Source of the DNA: Candidatus Zixiibacteriota bacterium
GTDB lineage: Bacteria; RBG-13-66-14; B26-G2; WVWN01
Length of the DNA: 64,000 nucleotides
NCBI GenBank assembly: GCA_050117845.1
Contig: JASFLY010000003.1
Coordinates: 145,095-209,094 of the forward strand
Reading direction: 5' to 3'
In this document: positions 48,292 through 57,714 of the stretch, in pieces
How the letters are laid out: the number at the start of each line of letters is the position of its first letter
Position numbering within the stretch: position 1 is the first letter of the stretch
Translations under genes and position numbers: made by a program
The notes under the pieces: model-generated
What the model saw: only the letters and a program-made list of their open reading frames with translations
The model's database searches: none
What the model was told of the DNA's origin: nothing

Positions 48292-51200
48292 TAGTATCCC
48301 CTTCCGTTTGGTCAACCGGAATCGTGAAAGAAAAAGTCGTTCCGACGCCCGGCTCGGACTCGCACCAGATCCGGCCGCCGTGGCGACGTACGAGCGTTTG
48401 CACGTACGTTAATCCCATACCTTCCCCGGGCACGACGCGTTTACCCACCCGGCTGAACGGTTCGAAAATCTTTTTTATATCCTCCGGTTTGATGCCGCGG
48501 CCGTTGTCGCGTACGTGGAACGTTACCCGGTTCCCGGCGCGACTGCCCGTAACGTTTATCTCGCCCGGGCGGGACGGTTCGAGATAAAGGACGGCGTTCG
48601 TTAAAAGGTTGCCCATTATTTGTTCTACGGCGATCCGGTCGGCGTAAACGTCGGGCACATCGCCGACGCCGAAACTGGCGCTACGCTCGTCGAGTTGGTG
48701 TCGAAGCGAGGCCATAATGCCCTCCACTATCTCCTTTATATCCAGGCTTTCCGGCTCTAGTTCCCGGCGGCCCAAACGCGATAGCTTGAGGACCCCCTGG
48801 ATGAAACGGTCCATCCGGCCGACGGAAGCCTCTATGTAACCCAGAGCCTCCGGCACGTCCTCGCACAATACCGTCTCCACCGCTTCCCGGTCCGCGTCGT
48901 CCAGGTGGGGCAAAGCCGGCGACGTCTTCTCCGTAACGGCCGCCACCGCCTCTCTCAACTCCGCGGCGAAGCCCTGGAGATTGACGAGCGGGGCCCGCAG
49001 ATCGTGCGACACGATATACGTGAACGCTCGCAGTTCCTCGTTGCTCTGGTTGAGTTCCGCCGTCCGCTCCGTGACGCGATGCTCGAGTTCGTCGCGCGCC
49101 CGCCGCAACTCCTCGTCCGCGCGCTGACGCTCGGTAATGTCCCGCATGATGAAAATGAACCCCTTCGGATTCCCTTCGGCGTCGCTCACGATCGACCCGC
49201 TCGACTCCGTCGGCATATAACTGCCGTCGCTCCGCCGAAAATCGAAAGAGGCGTTTACGGCCGTTCGCTTGTCGACCAATTCCTGTAATACGACGGCGGC
49301 CTCCTCCAACTGCCGGGGCGCTACTAAATCGAAAAGGTTTCGGCCCACGAGCTCTTCCGCGTCCGCGTAACCCATCACTTCGGCCCCGCGTTTGTTGAAA
49401 GCCAATATCTCGCCCTCCATGTCGCTGAACCCGATGGGGTCCGGCGACATCTCTATGAGGTTGCGGTACAATTCCTCGCTCTCGCGCAACGCCCTTTCGG
49501 CCTGTTTACTCTCGGTCACGTCTTCCAACATGACGACGACTTCCTGCACCTCGCCCGTAACCGCTTTTACCGGGTATAAAGAACCGCGGAGCCAAAGGCT
49601 GATTACTTCCGGCTCGTCCCCTCCCGGCACTTCGAAGTCGTAGGAATGCGGCGGTATTACCGTTACCTCGCCGCCGAAGCCGCGCTCAATGTACGGTCCG
49701 ATGCCCGACGCCCGGATTTTATCGTCCGTCAAGAGGTTGAACTCGTCCCGCATCGCTTCCAACCCGGCGGTATCCAACCCCCACAGTTTGCCGAACGCTT
49801 CGTTAGCCAATATGAGAGCCCCGTCCGGCGCGTAAATCGCCGTGGCGAAGGGCGACTGCTCCACGACCGACCTGAACCGTTCCTCCGATTCCTTCAACGC
49901 TATCTCGGCGTGCTTGCGTTCGGTTACGTCCCGTACGACCGACAGGACCTCGTCCTCGGCCAGCTTCACGAACCGGGCCTCGTATATCCCCGGGCCGACC
50001 GGCGTTTCCAACTCGTATTCGACCAGGCCGGCCTCCCCGGTCAGGAGCGTCCGTTCGATTTGCCCCGATACCTCCCGTTCCGTGGCCGGCGTAAAGCCCG
50101 TATCCCGGACGTTTTTCCCGATAATCGCCTCCGGCGGAATTGCCAGGGATTCCTCCGAACTCTGTTTAAAATCTACGTACGTCCCCTCTTTATTAATCAC
50201 GAACATCAGGTCCGGGATGGCCTCGAGCAATGCCTCGTTTTCCCCCACGGCCCTGCGCAGGGCATCCTCGGCTCGCTTCCTCTCGGTAACGTCCCGTATC
50301 GTCACGATGGCCGACGAGGGTGCTCCGGCCGCGTCGCGCAGCGGCGTCGACCTGATTTCCCCGACGAACGAACTGCCGTCGAGGCGGAGTATGTCGATTT
50401 CCAAATCGCTTACGCCTTCGGCTCTGAGAGAGTTTTTAAAATCCGCCGCGGCTCCCTCGCGTATCTCCGGCGGGATAAACATCGTAAACGGCTTGCCGAT
50501 TAAATCCTCGGCGTCGTCGTACCCGTGCAACGCTGCGGCCTGGGGTGATGCGTACGTTATTATGCCGTCAAGATTCAAAACGGTTACGCCGTCCGGCAGC
50601 GTCCCGACGAGTTTCCGGTACGTTTCTTCCGACTCGGCCAGCCGCTTCAAGGCTTCCGTCAGCTCGATCGTACGGCCGCGAACCCGGTCTTCGAGTTCGT
50701 CCCGGGCGCGAACCAAAGCCTCGTCGGCCTGTTTTCGCTTAATAGCCGAGGCCGCGACGTTTGCGAAGTTCTCCAGCACCCCCTTCGAGAATAACCCTTC
50801 ACCCTCGGGCAACAGTATCGCGACGCCCCCGACGACTTCGTCGCCGGAGCGCAGGGAGACGGCCTGTATCCGCCCCGAGCCAAGGGCTTTCTCTAAAGCG
50901 GCCGCGGCGAGTTTCGGAACCTTACCGTCACTCAATTCGTGCAAGCCCGCGTAAGCGGTAACCCTATCCGTCAACATGGCCCGACGGCGATCCTCGCTCT
51001 GGGAAAACCCCGCTCCCACGGCGAAACCGCTTTCGGCCACTTTGGAAATTATCCCTTCCCCGCCGGAAAGGTGCCGTACCGTGAGGTCGTTCTTGCCCGC
51101 CTCCAGGCTGGCCGCTATGACTAGCCGGGCCCCGGTTAGCATCCGAAGGCGGTCGCCGACGATTTGGAAAACCTCGTCCACCGAGGCCGCTTCGCCGAGG

Positions 51201-52756
51201 TCGATAGCCAGTTCATTAATGAAACGGAGGTGAGCCGCCCGATGCCGCAACTCCTCCCCCGTTAATTGACGCCGTACGGCCGCAGCGATCACGTTCGCGA
51301 AACTCTCGAATATCCCGGCCGATACGGCGTTCCCGTTTTCACCCGTAAAAACCGCGACGCCGCCCAACAACGCGTCCCCGTAACGTAATGAGGCCGTACG
51401 GATTTCCCGGACGCCGAGCGCCTTCGCCAACTCGCCCCCTATCCTTTTCGGCATCCGCCGGTTGGTCAACTCGTAGAACCCGTCGAACACGCTAACGCAA
51501 GAACCGGAAAGCATCGCCTCCTTGACAGCATCGTCGACCGGCGTGCGTACCGCTTCGAACAACCCTCCGGCGTACTTGTTGGCCTTTGCGATAAGGGCGG
51601 TCGGGGCCGAAACGTGCGCCACTCGTAATTCCTCGGCGGCGTCGTCGTATGCGGTGATGGCCACGGCTTTGGCATTGAAAATGAGCTTGAGCGCGTCCGC
51701 CGCCTCTTCATAAACGGACTCGACGGAATCTACGCGGGCCAGCTTCATCGCAAGTTCGTTGAGGGCGGCCAGGTCGCGAGCCCGGCGCTGTAGAGCCTCC
51801 TCCTCCGCTTTCCGTTCCGAGATGTCCCGCATGACGCATTGGATAGTTACGACCTTGCCGTCCTCGACCAACGGCTCGCCGGTCGCCTCCACGTAGAACG
51901 GGTCGCGCCCCTTGGCTTTAAACAGGAACTCGGCTTTACCCCCCTTTTTATCCATTAATATCGTTTTTATTACCCCCAACGTGCTCAGGAGTTCGCTCTT
52001 GCGGGAAAAGAAGTCGGCTATGTGCTTGCCCACCATGTCATCCGGCTCGTACCCCCCGAATTCCTTCACGGCCGGACTTACGTACTCGAGCCGCGCCGTG
52101 GGCGAAACCTTCAAGACTACGTCCGTCAGCACCTCCGTTAGTTTTTTATATGTGTCCTCTTGGCCGCGCAACGCATCCCCGACGCGTTTGATTTCCGTAT
52201 GGTCGAAAGTAATGAGTGACGCCGCCACGACCTTCCCGTCGCGTTTTAACGGGCCGCATAACGTTTGGTACCAACGGACCTCCCCGCCCGGATCCCTTAC
52301 TTCATTTTCGATTTTACGCGACTCCCCCGTCGCGAAAACGGCTTCGATCTCCTTGCGATAACGGTCCGAATGCGCCGAGCCGACGAGGTCGTAAAGGCTG
52401 GTCCCCACCAAATCCTCACCGACGTACCCCGGAAAGTTATTCCTGTTTACGAATTGAATAACCCCATCGCGACCTACCGTCATAACGGTATTCGGCGTGT
52501 TCTCCACGAGCGAACGAAACAGGTCCACGGATTGACGGACACTGGCGGCGGCCCGCTTCAAATCGTCGAGTTCGCGGCGTAATTCTCGATTGGAAGCTTC
52601 CAGTTCCGCTATGCGCTCGGGCGGGTCAGCCGTAAGCGTTCCCGGCCTCGCTTCGCTTCCGTCGACGTCACGGGCCGTAATAATCCTACCGGCGCCGGAC
52701 GGGAAATCTCCGTCGGACTCCAAGGGCCTTTCCTTCTTCCGCCGTTTACGGGGCAT
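48281..52756 (-). CDS. Cytoplasmic multi-PAS/GAF histidine kinase
   Basis: ~6 PAS and 2 GAF-like domains, VSHDLRAPL, NAVLY, DNGRG, GEGMGL; GGAGG RBS. Confidence 0.95.
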   Translation of the reverse strand: MPRKRRKKERPLESDGDFPSGAGRIITARDVDGSEARPGTLTADPPERIAELEASNRELRRELDDLKRAAASVRQSVDLFRSLVENTPNTVMTVGRDGVIQFVNRNNFPGYVGEDLVGTSLYDLVGSAHSDRYRKEIEAVFATGESRKIENEVRDPGGEVRWYQTLCGPLKRDGKVVAASLITFDHTEIKRVGDALRGQEDTYKKLTEVLTDVVLKVSPTARLEYVSPAVKEFGGYEPDDMVGKHIADFFSRKSELLSTLGVIKTILMDKKGGKAEFLFKAKGRDPFYVEATGEPLVEDGKVVTIQCVMRDISERKAEEEALQRRARDLAALNELAMKLARVDSVESVYEEAADALKLIFNAKAVAITAYDDAAEELRVAHVSAPTALIAKANKYAGGLFEAVRTPVDDAVKEAMLSGSCVSVFDGFYELTNRRMPKRIGGELAKALGVREIRTASLRYGDALLGGVAVFTGENGNAVSAGIFESFANVIAAAVRRQLTGEELRHRAAHLRFINELAIDLGEAASVDEVFQIVGDRLRMLTGARLVIAASLEAGKNDLTVRHLSGGEGIISKVAESGFAVGAGFSQSEDRRRAMLTDRVTAYAGLHELSDGKVPKLAAAALEKALGSGRIQAVSLRSGDEVVGGVAILLPEGEGLFSKGVLENFANVAASAIKRKQADEALVRARDELEDRVRGRTIELTEALKRLAESEETYRKLVGTLPDGVTVLNLDGIITYASPQAAALHGYDDAEDLIGKPFTMFIPPEIREGAAADFKNSLRAEGVSDLEIDILRLDGSSFVGEIRSTPLRDAAGAPSSAIVTIRDVTERKRAEDALRRAVGENEALLEAIPDLMFVINKEGTYVDFKQSSEESLAIPPEAIIGKNVRDTGFTPATEREVSGQIERTLLTGEAGLVEYELETPVGPGIYEARFVKLAEDEVLSVVRDVTERKHAEIALKESEERFRSVVEQSPFATAIYAPDGALILANEAFGKLWGLDTAGLEAMRDEFNLLTDDKIRASGIGPYIERGFGGEVTVIPPHSYDFEVPGGDEPEVISLWLRGSLYPVKAVTGEVQEVVVMLEDVTESKQAERALRESEELYRNLIEMSPDPIGFSDMEGEILAFNKRGAEVMGYADAEELVGRNLFDLVAPRQLEEAAVVLQELVDKRTAVNASFDFRRSDGSYMPTESSGSIVSDAEGNPKGFIFIMRDITERQRADEELRRARDELEHRVTERTAELNQSNEELRAFTYIVSHDLRAPLVNLQGFAAELREAVAAVTEKTSPALPHLDDADREAVETVLCEDVPEALGYIEASVGRMDRFIQGVLKLSRLGRRELEPESLDIKEIVEGIMASLRHQLDERSASFGVGDVPDVYADRIAVEQIMGNLLTNAVLYLEPSRPGEINVTGSRAGNRVTFHVRDNGRGIKPEDIKKIFEPFSRVGKRVVPGEGMGLTYVQTLVRRHGGRIWCESEPGVGTTFSFTIPVDQTEGDTNAE

Positions 52757-53229
52757 ACTGTTTAACCTCCGAGGCCTTTTGCCGGGGGCGAGCCGCTATT
52801 AAAATTATAGCCGTAATAGGCCCCCTAGCTTAGGACTCGTTTCTGTCAATTTTCGTCAGTTGTGTTCATTTTTTGGGGGATACGCCCCTCCTCTCCGCCT
52901 CGACGGACGAACCCTCGGCGGCGGTTTCTATACCGGCCGACCGCAAAACCCATTACCCGGCATATATCATTGATAACGTTGACGTTGCGAGTCGTACGTT
53001 CCGGCCGTGCGGCCCAATCGCAGCACATTACGTGAATGCGAACCGCAAACCCACGGCGGCGAAAAAACCCCATTCCAAAGGAAAAAAGGCGCCGTTTCCC
53101 CGTGGCCGCCCATTCCCTTAACGCCGACGCGCCGGCCGTTAAGATACCGAATACCGCTGTTTCACTTCTAAACGTCCCGGGCCGAGAAAAACCGCTTTCA
53201 CACGCCTCCGGCCTCGGCGCTTAACAGCG

Positions 53230-53254
53230 TAATCTCCTGATATGCAATAAGTTA
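53230..53254. promoter_or_regulatory. Putative IHF-type binding site
   Basis: The minus strand of 53230-53242 reads TATCAGgagaTTA, matching WATCARnnnnTTR; it lies ~30-50 bp upstream of the sigma-54 motif. Confidence 0.55.
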
Positions 53255-53280
53255 CGCCGCCGGCCCGTCGGGCCGGCGTT

Positions 53281-53297
53281 TTGGCACCGTCGTTGCT
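53281..53297 (+). promoter_or_regulatory. Sigma-54 (-24/-12) promoter
   Basis: TTGGCAC-CGTCG-TTGCT matches TGGCAC-N5-TTGC exactly; ~65 bp upstream of ATG 53361. Confidence 0.8.
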
Positions 53298-53360
53298 TTT
53301 TATATAAGCGTGAGAACTAACGGCCTAAAAAACGGAACGACGAACGCGAGGAAGTTTGAA

Positions 53361-54083
53361 ATGAAAGCAATAGCCCTTATCGCCCTAATAATAAGCGCCT
53401 CCGTAAACGCGTCGGCTACGGACGACGGCACCGTCGCTTCGGTAGGCCTCGTCCACATCGACGATAACGACGTCGACACCTATTATAATTACCTCGCCGC
53501 GGTTCCGGTCTTCCGCTACTGGGACGAGGCGCGCATGACCGAAGCGCCCCTTCTCACGGACGACGCCCTCCCCATCAACGAAAACGCCCCGGTCGCCTCC
53601 CGCCTGTTGGTCGTCGGCGACGCCGGTTCGAACGACGTCGACACCGTCCGCGCGACGTACGGCGTTTCACCCAACGGCATCGTCGAAGTCGACGGCGACG
53701 TTCCCGCGGTCGCGGCCTTCCTCGCCGGCAATTGGGCCCGGGCAAACGACGTCGTGGTCGCGCCGTATTCGCCGTCGGGAAACAAGGCCGCTTCGGCCAG
53801 CGCGTCCTACGCCGCCGCCCTCGCCAGCGCCCTCAACGCCCCGGTCCTTTACACCTACACCAAGCGCGTCCCCGCCGAAACGATTACGGCCCTTCGTCGC
53901 CTCGGCGCCAAAAACGTTTTCGTCGTAGACTTCGGCGGCCAATGCGACGACGAAACCGTCGAGAAATTGGCGAGAGACGGCCGCCGTCTCCGGGATTCCT
54001 TGACGCGCCCCGCCGACGTCGACTCCCTGGTCGACAGCGTCCTGCGGAGCCAAACGATAAATAACCTCCCGCGGGAAGCGTAA
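53361..54083 (+). CDS. Secreted protein with a cell-wall-binding repeat 2 (CWB2)-like motif
   Basis: Signal peptide MKAIALIALIISASVNASA; AAALASALNAPVLYT..VPAETITALRRLGAKNVFVV. Confidence 0.65.
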   Translation: MKAIALIALIISASVNASATDDGTVASVGLVHIDDNDVDTYYNYLAAVPVFRYWDEARMTEAPLLTDDALPINENAPVASRLLVVGDAGSNDVDTVRATYGVSPNGIVEVDGDVPAVAAFLAGNWARANDVVVAPYSPSGNKAASASASYAAALASALNAPVLYTYTKRVPAETITALRRLGAKNVFVVDFGGQCDDETVEKLARDGRRLRDSLTRPADVDSLVDSVLRSQTINNLPREA

Positions 54084-54138
54084 TCCGCGCCGCCCGAAAA
54101 GAATAGAATTGATACTCGAAAAAATAAGGAGAAACGAC

Positions 54139-54561
54139 GTGGAAAAAGAAAAATGCAACGATTGCCCCGGGGAATGCAGCGAGAGGGAATGTAGTTACGT
54201 TCGGGAACTGGCGGACGGGCGGGTAGTATCGATATCCTGCCGGGGGACCTGCCACGGCCGTTGCGCCGGATGCCTAACGCCCCCGGACGACGACGTAAAA
54301 TTACCCGCGGCCGGGGCCGGGGCTAAACCGGACAGTGGTTCGCGCGTACGGCTCCGCTCCCGGGAACTCTACTTCGAGGCCGAAGAGGGATCGCGGGGAG
54401 ACTCCTACGAAGTCTCTTGTGCCGTCGGATGCGTCGTGGGCCACGCTCGCCAAACGCCCAGTGGCCAGGCAGACTGTTACGGTTCATGTCTGGGAATATG
54501 TTACGGCGTGGCCCGCGTGGAGGAACTCGCCGAAACGGCCGCCCCGGGCTTCGAGGAATAA
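54139..54561 (+). CDS. Cysteine-rich hypothetical protein
   Basis: AGGAG RBS before GTG 54139; 13 Cys with CxGxC repeats. Confidence 0.6.
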   Translation: MEKEKCNDCPGECSERECSYVRELADGRVVSISCRGTCHGRCAGCLTPPDDDVKLPAAGAGAKPDSGSRVRLRSRELYFEAEEGSRGDSYEVSCAVGCVVGHARQTPSGQADCYGSCLGICYGVARVEELAETAAPGFEE

Positions 54562-54749
54562 ACCCGACCGGCAATAAAACGAATCGCGAAGCAGGCGCCC
54601 GGTTCCCCGGGCGCCGTTCCGTTCCCCCCTACGTCGGGGACTTTAATACTTTTTCGTTAATTACCCCGAGGACTGACATGAATTGACGTACGGCGCTGTT
54701 ATTAGTTCGGCGAAGAAGGGAGACGTCCGTAATTGGGGACGCAGATGAT

Positions 54750-55205
54750 ATGAGCGATATCAAGATAAAGGTTTTACTTATCGAAGAAGACGAAGACGCG
54801 GCGGCGGATATCCAGGCGATGTTAAACGGCTCCGAGCATCCCCGTTTCCAGGTCACGCGGGCCCGAGACCTCGTTTCCGGAATGGAACTCTTAACGGAAG
54901 AAGAGTACCACGCCGTCATCCTCGACTCGGCCGTTTGCGGGGACCTCGCAGCGAAAGCCGTCACGACGATACAAACGGTCGCCGCCGAACCGGCCGTCAT
55001 ACTCCTGGCAAGCCCCGACCAGGAAAGTAATACGACCCGGGGCATCTTCGCCGGGGCCGTCGAGTACTTCGTCCTCGACGAGTTCGACCCCGCCGAATTC
55101 AAATTACGGCTGCGTCGTACCATCGCGAAGCATTGGATTCAACGACAATTCGAGCCGGCCCGTTACGCCGGCGCGGCGGTTCCTCCCGTGGCCGGGATTG
55201 ATTAA
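54750..55205 (+). CDS. Atypical receiver-domain protein
   Basis: VLLIEED, VILDS, GAVEYFVLD (conserved Lys absent). Confidence 0.75.
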   Translation: MSDIKIKVLLIEEDEDAAADIQAMLNGSEHPRFQVTRARDLVSGMELLTEEEYHAVILDSAVCGDLAAKAVTTIQTVAAEPAVILLASPDQESNTTRGIFAGAVEYFVLDEFDPAEFKLRLRRTIAKHWIQRQFEPARYAGAAVPPVAGID

Positions 55206-55228
55206 CGTTGGAAACGTTGGGTGGTTAT

Positions 55229-55654
55229 ATGTCCGAAAAAATACTATTGATCGAACGAGAAGAAGGCAGTGAGTTTTTAATTACCAAGTTAATCGCGGAA
55301 GGTACGGACGGCCTTTTCCAAACCGTATGCGTGCCGGATCTACCTCGCGCGCTCGAATATATGGACGATCACGATTTCTCGGTAGTCCTTTTGGACCTCG
55401 CTTCCGCCGGCATCCCGGGACCCCACGCCGTTGCGGCCTTGCAGGCCGCAGCCCCGGCGGTACCGATCGTGATACTCGCCCTTCCCGACATGCTCCTGGA
55501 AACTTTCAAGGCCGCGGACGAAGGGGCCGCGGACTTCATATTCAAACATAAAATGAAAAAGGACACACTCGCCCACGCGTTAAACTACGCTCGCAAGGCC
55601 GCGACGCGCAAGAAAGCCACGGCGGCCCCCGCCGGGTCTCACGACGCGGATTAA
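55229..55654 (+). CDS. Receiver-domain protein (degenerate)
   Basis: ILLIERE, VLLDL, VPIVIL, GAADFIFK. Confidence 0.8.
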   Translation: MSEKILLIEREEGSEFLITKLIAEGTDGLFQTVCVPDLPRALEYMDDHDFSVVLLDLASAGIPGPHAVAALQAAAPAVPIVILALPDMLLETFKAADEGAADFIFKHKMKKDTLAHALNYARKAATRKKATAAPAGSHDAD

Positions 55655-55688
55655 CGGTTAATTAAAAATCCTCACCCTCTCCCTATAA

Positions 55689-55710
55689 AGCCCCCGGGAA
55701 ACCGGGGGCT
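55689..55710 (+). terminator. Hairpin after the receiver genes
   Basis: AGCCCCCGG-GAAA-CCGGGGGCT; U-tract is weak. Confidence 0.5.
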
Positions 55711-55926
55711 CCTCATTGCCGGTAAAACGACGTACGCGTCCCCCGGGGGGAGTCCGACGCCGGATCATCTGCGGATAAAGAAAACCTTTTTACTATCCAA
55801 TCCACGGTGCTATGTTATACTAATGCGATTATTGATTCGTCACTTAGTCGGCGGGCCTCGGGGTTCGATACGCCCGCCCGCGTCACGCACCCCGGCCGGG
55901 GGAAGCTATTTTCGCCGGAGGTCGTT

Positions 55927-56679
55927 ATGAGACGGATAGTTGTCGCCGCTTGCGTGCCAGCCCTGGCCGCGGCGGCGTTCGCTTTTGAGCGAGATATGAT
56001 CGACCTCGACGTCCCGACGGCAGTCGAAGCCAGAGACGGCGTGCTTGATATCCGGCACCGCTTTTACGGCGCCGTGGACGAGGACCCGGCGGGGACTCTC
56101 CTGGGAATAACCGAGGGCGCCAACGTCGGCCTCGGGTTCCGGTACGTTATCTGGTCGACGCTGGAAGTCGAACCCACGTTTACGACCTTCCAGCGCGAAT
56201 ATACGCTGGGCCTCAATTACAGCCGGCCGGTCGGCGACATCCTCACGGTCGGCGGCAACGTCGATTTCTTCAGCTACGACCTCCCGGAGCTGGAAGACCG
56301 AAGGCAAAACTTCTTCTACGCCCTCGAACTCGCCGGGACCCCGTTGCTGGGAATCGTAACTCCCGCGGTTAACATCGGGTACGACGCCTACGAGGAGCGC
56401 GTCGGCGCCGGCGTCGCCGTCGCCGTCGGCTTCGACCGGAAAGGTATACTCAAACACGTGGCCTTCATCGGCGAGTACTACCCCGTAATTGACGCCGACG
56501 AGGGACGCACCGGCCCGGAGGATAGCTTCGCCGGGGGCGTCGAACTCCAGACGTACGGCCACCACTTCACCTTCCTAGTTGGCAATAACCCCCAGATCGG
56601 TACGCGCCGATTGATGCTGGGGGCGCCGGGAAACGAGCTTTACTTCGGGTTCAATATATACCGCCGTATCGAATTTTAA
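55927..56679 (+). CDS. Outer-membrane beta-barrel protein (DUF5777-like)
   Basis: GGAGG RBS, signal peptide, IRHRFYG, ELQTYGHHF, FGFNIYR, C-terminal Phe. Confidence 0.75.
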   Translation: MRRIVVAACVPALAAAAFAFERDMIDLDVPTAVEARDGVLDIRHRFYGAVDEDPAGTLLGITEGANVGLGFRYVIWSTLEVEPTFTTFQREYTLGLNYSRPVGDILTVGGNVDFFSYDLPELEDRRQNFFYALELAGTPLLGIVTPAVNIGYDAYEERVGAGVAVAVGFDRKGILKHVAFIGEYYPVIDADEGRTGPEDSFAGGVELQTYGHHFTFLVGNNPQIGTRRLMLGAPGNELYFGFNIYRRIEF

Positions 56680-56694
56680 TCGAGGAGGACGCCG

Positions 56695-57249
56695 ATGTAT
56701 AAGTTAAAAAAACCAATCGTTCGCGCCGTCCTCGTCGCCGCGGCCTTAACGATAATGGGGACGTCCGGCTGCAATACGGCGGACGACGAGGTCACGCCCG
56801 GCGGTAACGGCGGTACCGTTACCGCGTCCGGGATCACGCTCTCGTGGCAACCGAACGACACGACCCTACACGTGACGATGCTAGCCCCGACAACCGGTTG
56901 GGTAGCGGTCGCGTTCGACCCGAGTACAGGGATGGCCGACTCCAATATGATAATCGGTTACGTCGCGGCCGGGACCGTATATGCCCGCGACGACTTCGGC
57001 ACGTCGCCGACCGGCCACGACGCGGATACGAATCTCGGAGGCGCCGATGACGTCGCCGATGCCACCGGTAAGGAGGAGAACGGCTCCACCGAGATTTCTT
57101 TCACTATCCCGCTCGACTCCGGGGACATTTACGATAAAAAACTAATCGTCGGACAAACGTACCGGGTCCTCCTCGCCAACGGCCCGGACGGCAGCGACGA
57201 CTTCTCCTCGAGGCACGAAGTCCGAACCGCCGTGAACATAACCATATAA
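56695..57249 (+). CDS. DOMON-domain lipoprotein
   Basis: Lipobox-like TSGC, TTGWVAVAF..GMADSNMIIG, ISFTIPLDSGD, terminal H. Confidence 0.85.
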   Translation: MYKLKKPIVRAVLVAAALTIMGTSGCNTADDEVTPGGNGGTVTASGITLSWQPNDTTLHVTMLAPTTGWVAVAFDPSTGMADSNMIIGYVAAGTVYARDDFGTSPTGHDADTNLGGADDVADATGKEENGSTEISFTIPLDSGDIYDKKLIVGQTYRVLLANGPDGSDDFSSRHEVRTAVNITI

Positions 57250-57283
57250 ACGACCTTTATCCCATTCGAAAGGAGAGTCCATT

Positions 57284-57646
57284 ATGATCAAATCCGCCGT
57301 CGCGTTAACGTTTGGTGTTTTTATTATTCTATTCGCGCTCAACGCTTGCGGGAGTAAAGGAGACGCGGAAACGACGGCCGCGCCGCCCGCGGAGGCTCCC
57401 GGCCCGGACGTCGCCCCCGCAGCGGAGGAAGCGCCGGATCCTCCCGCCATTGAAAAACCCGCCGGCGAAAAACTGGTCGAGGAAAGGTGCGCCGCCTGCC
57501 ACGGCCTCGACCGCGTTGAAGGAGAGTCGGCCTCGGCCGAGGAGTGGGCGGAAATAGTCGACGAGATGATAGAGAAGGGCGCGAAACTCAACGGCGAGGA
57601 ACGCGACGTCGTCGTGGCTTACCTCGCCGAGAAATACGGCGAATAG
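57284..57646 (+). CDS. Monoheme cytochrome c lipoprotein
   Basis: LNAC lipobox, Pro/Ala linker, CAACH, W..IVDEM..KGA. Confidence 0.88.
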   Translation: MIKSAVALTFGVFIILFALNACGSKGDAETTAAPPAEAPGPDVAPAAEEAPDPPAIEKPAGEKLVEERCAACHGLDRVEGESASAEEWAEIVDEMIEKGAKLNGEERDVVVAYLAEKYGE

Positions 57647-57670
57647 CACGCTCACCGCATATCGGATACA

Positions 57671-57701
57671 AAAAAGCCGCCCCGAAGGGCGGCTTCTTTT
57701 T
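57671..57701. terminator. Bidirectional intrinsic terminator
   Basis: AAAAAGCCGCCC-cgaa-GGGCGGCTTCTTTTT between convergent genes. Confidence 0.85.
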
Positions 57702-57714
57702 ATCTATCATAGGT

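Noticed and set aside
14788..52802. Numerous long alternative-frame and antisense ORFs (e.g. 18945-20195, 23666-24700, 31046-32107, 34254-35459, 45431-46663, 49842-50954)
   Set aside because: Expected in high-GC coding DNA; they overlap well-supported genes and lack motifs
55835..55895. tRNA-like GGTTCGAT segment
   Set aside because: No proper T-stem, acceptor stem or cloverleaf can be built
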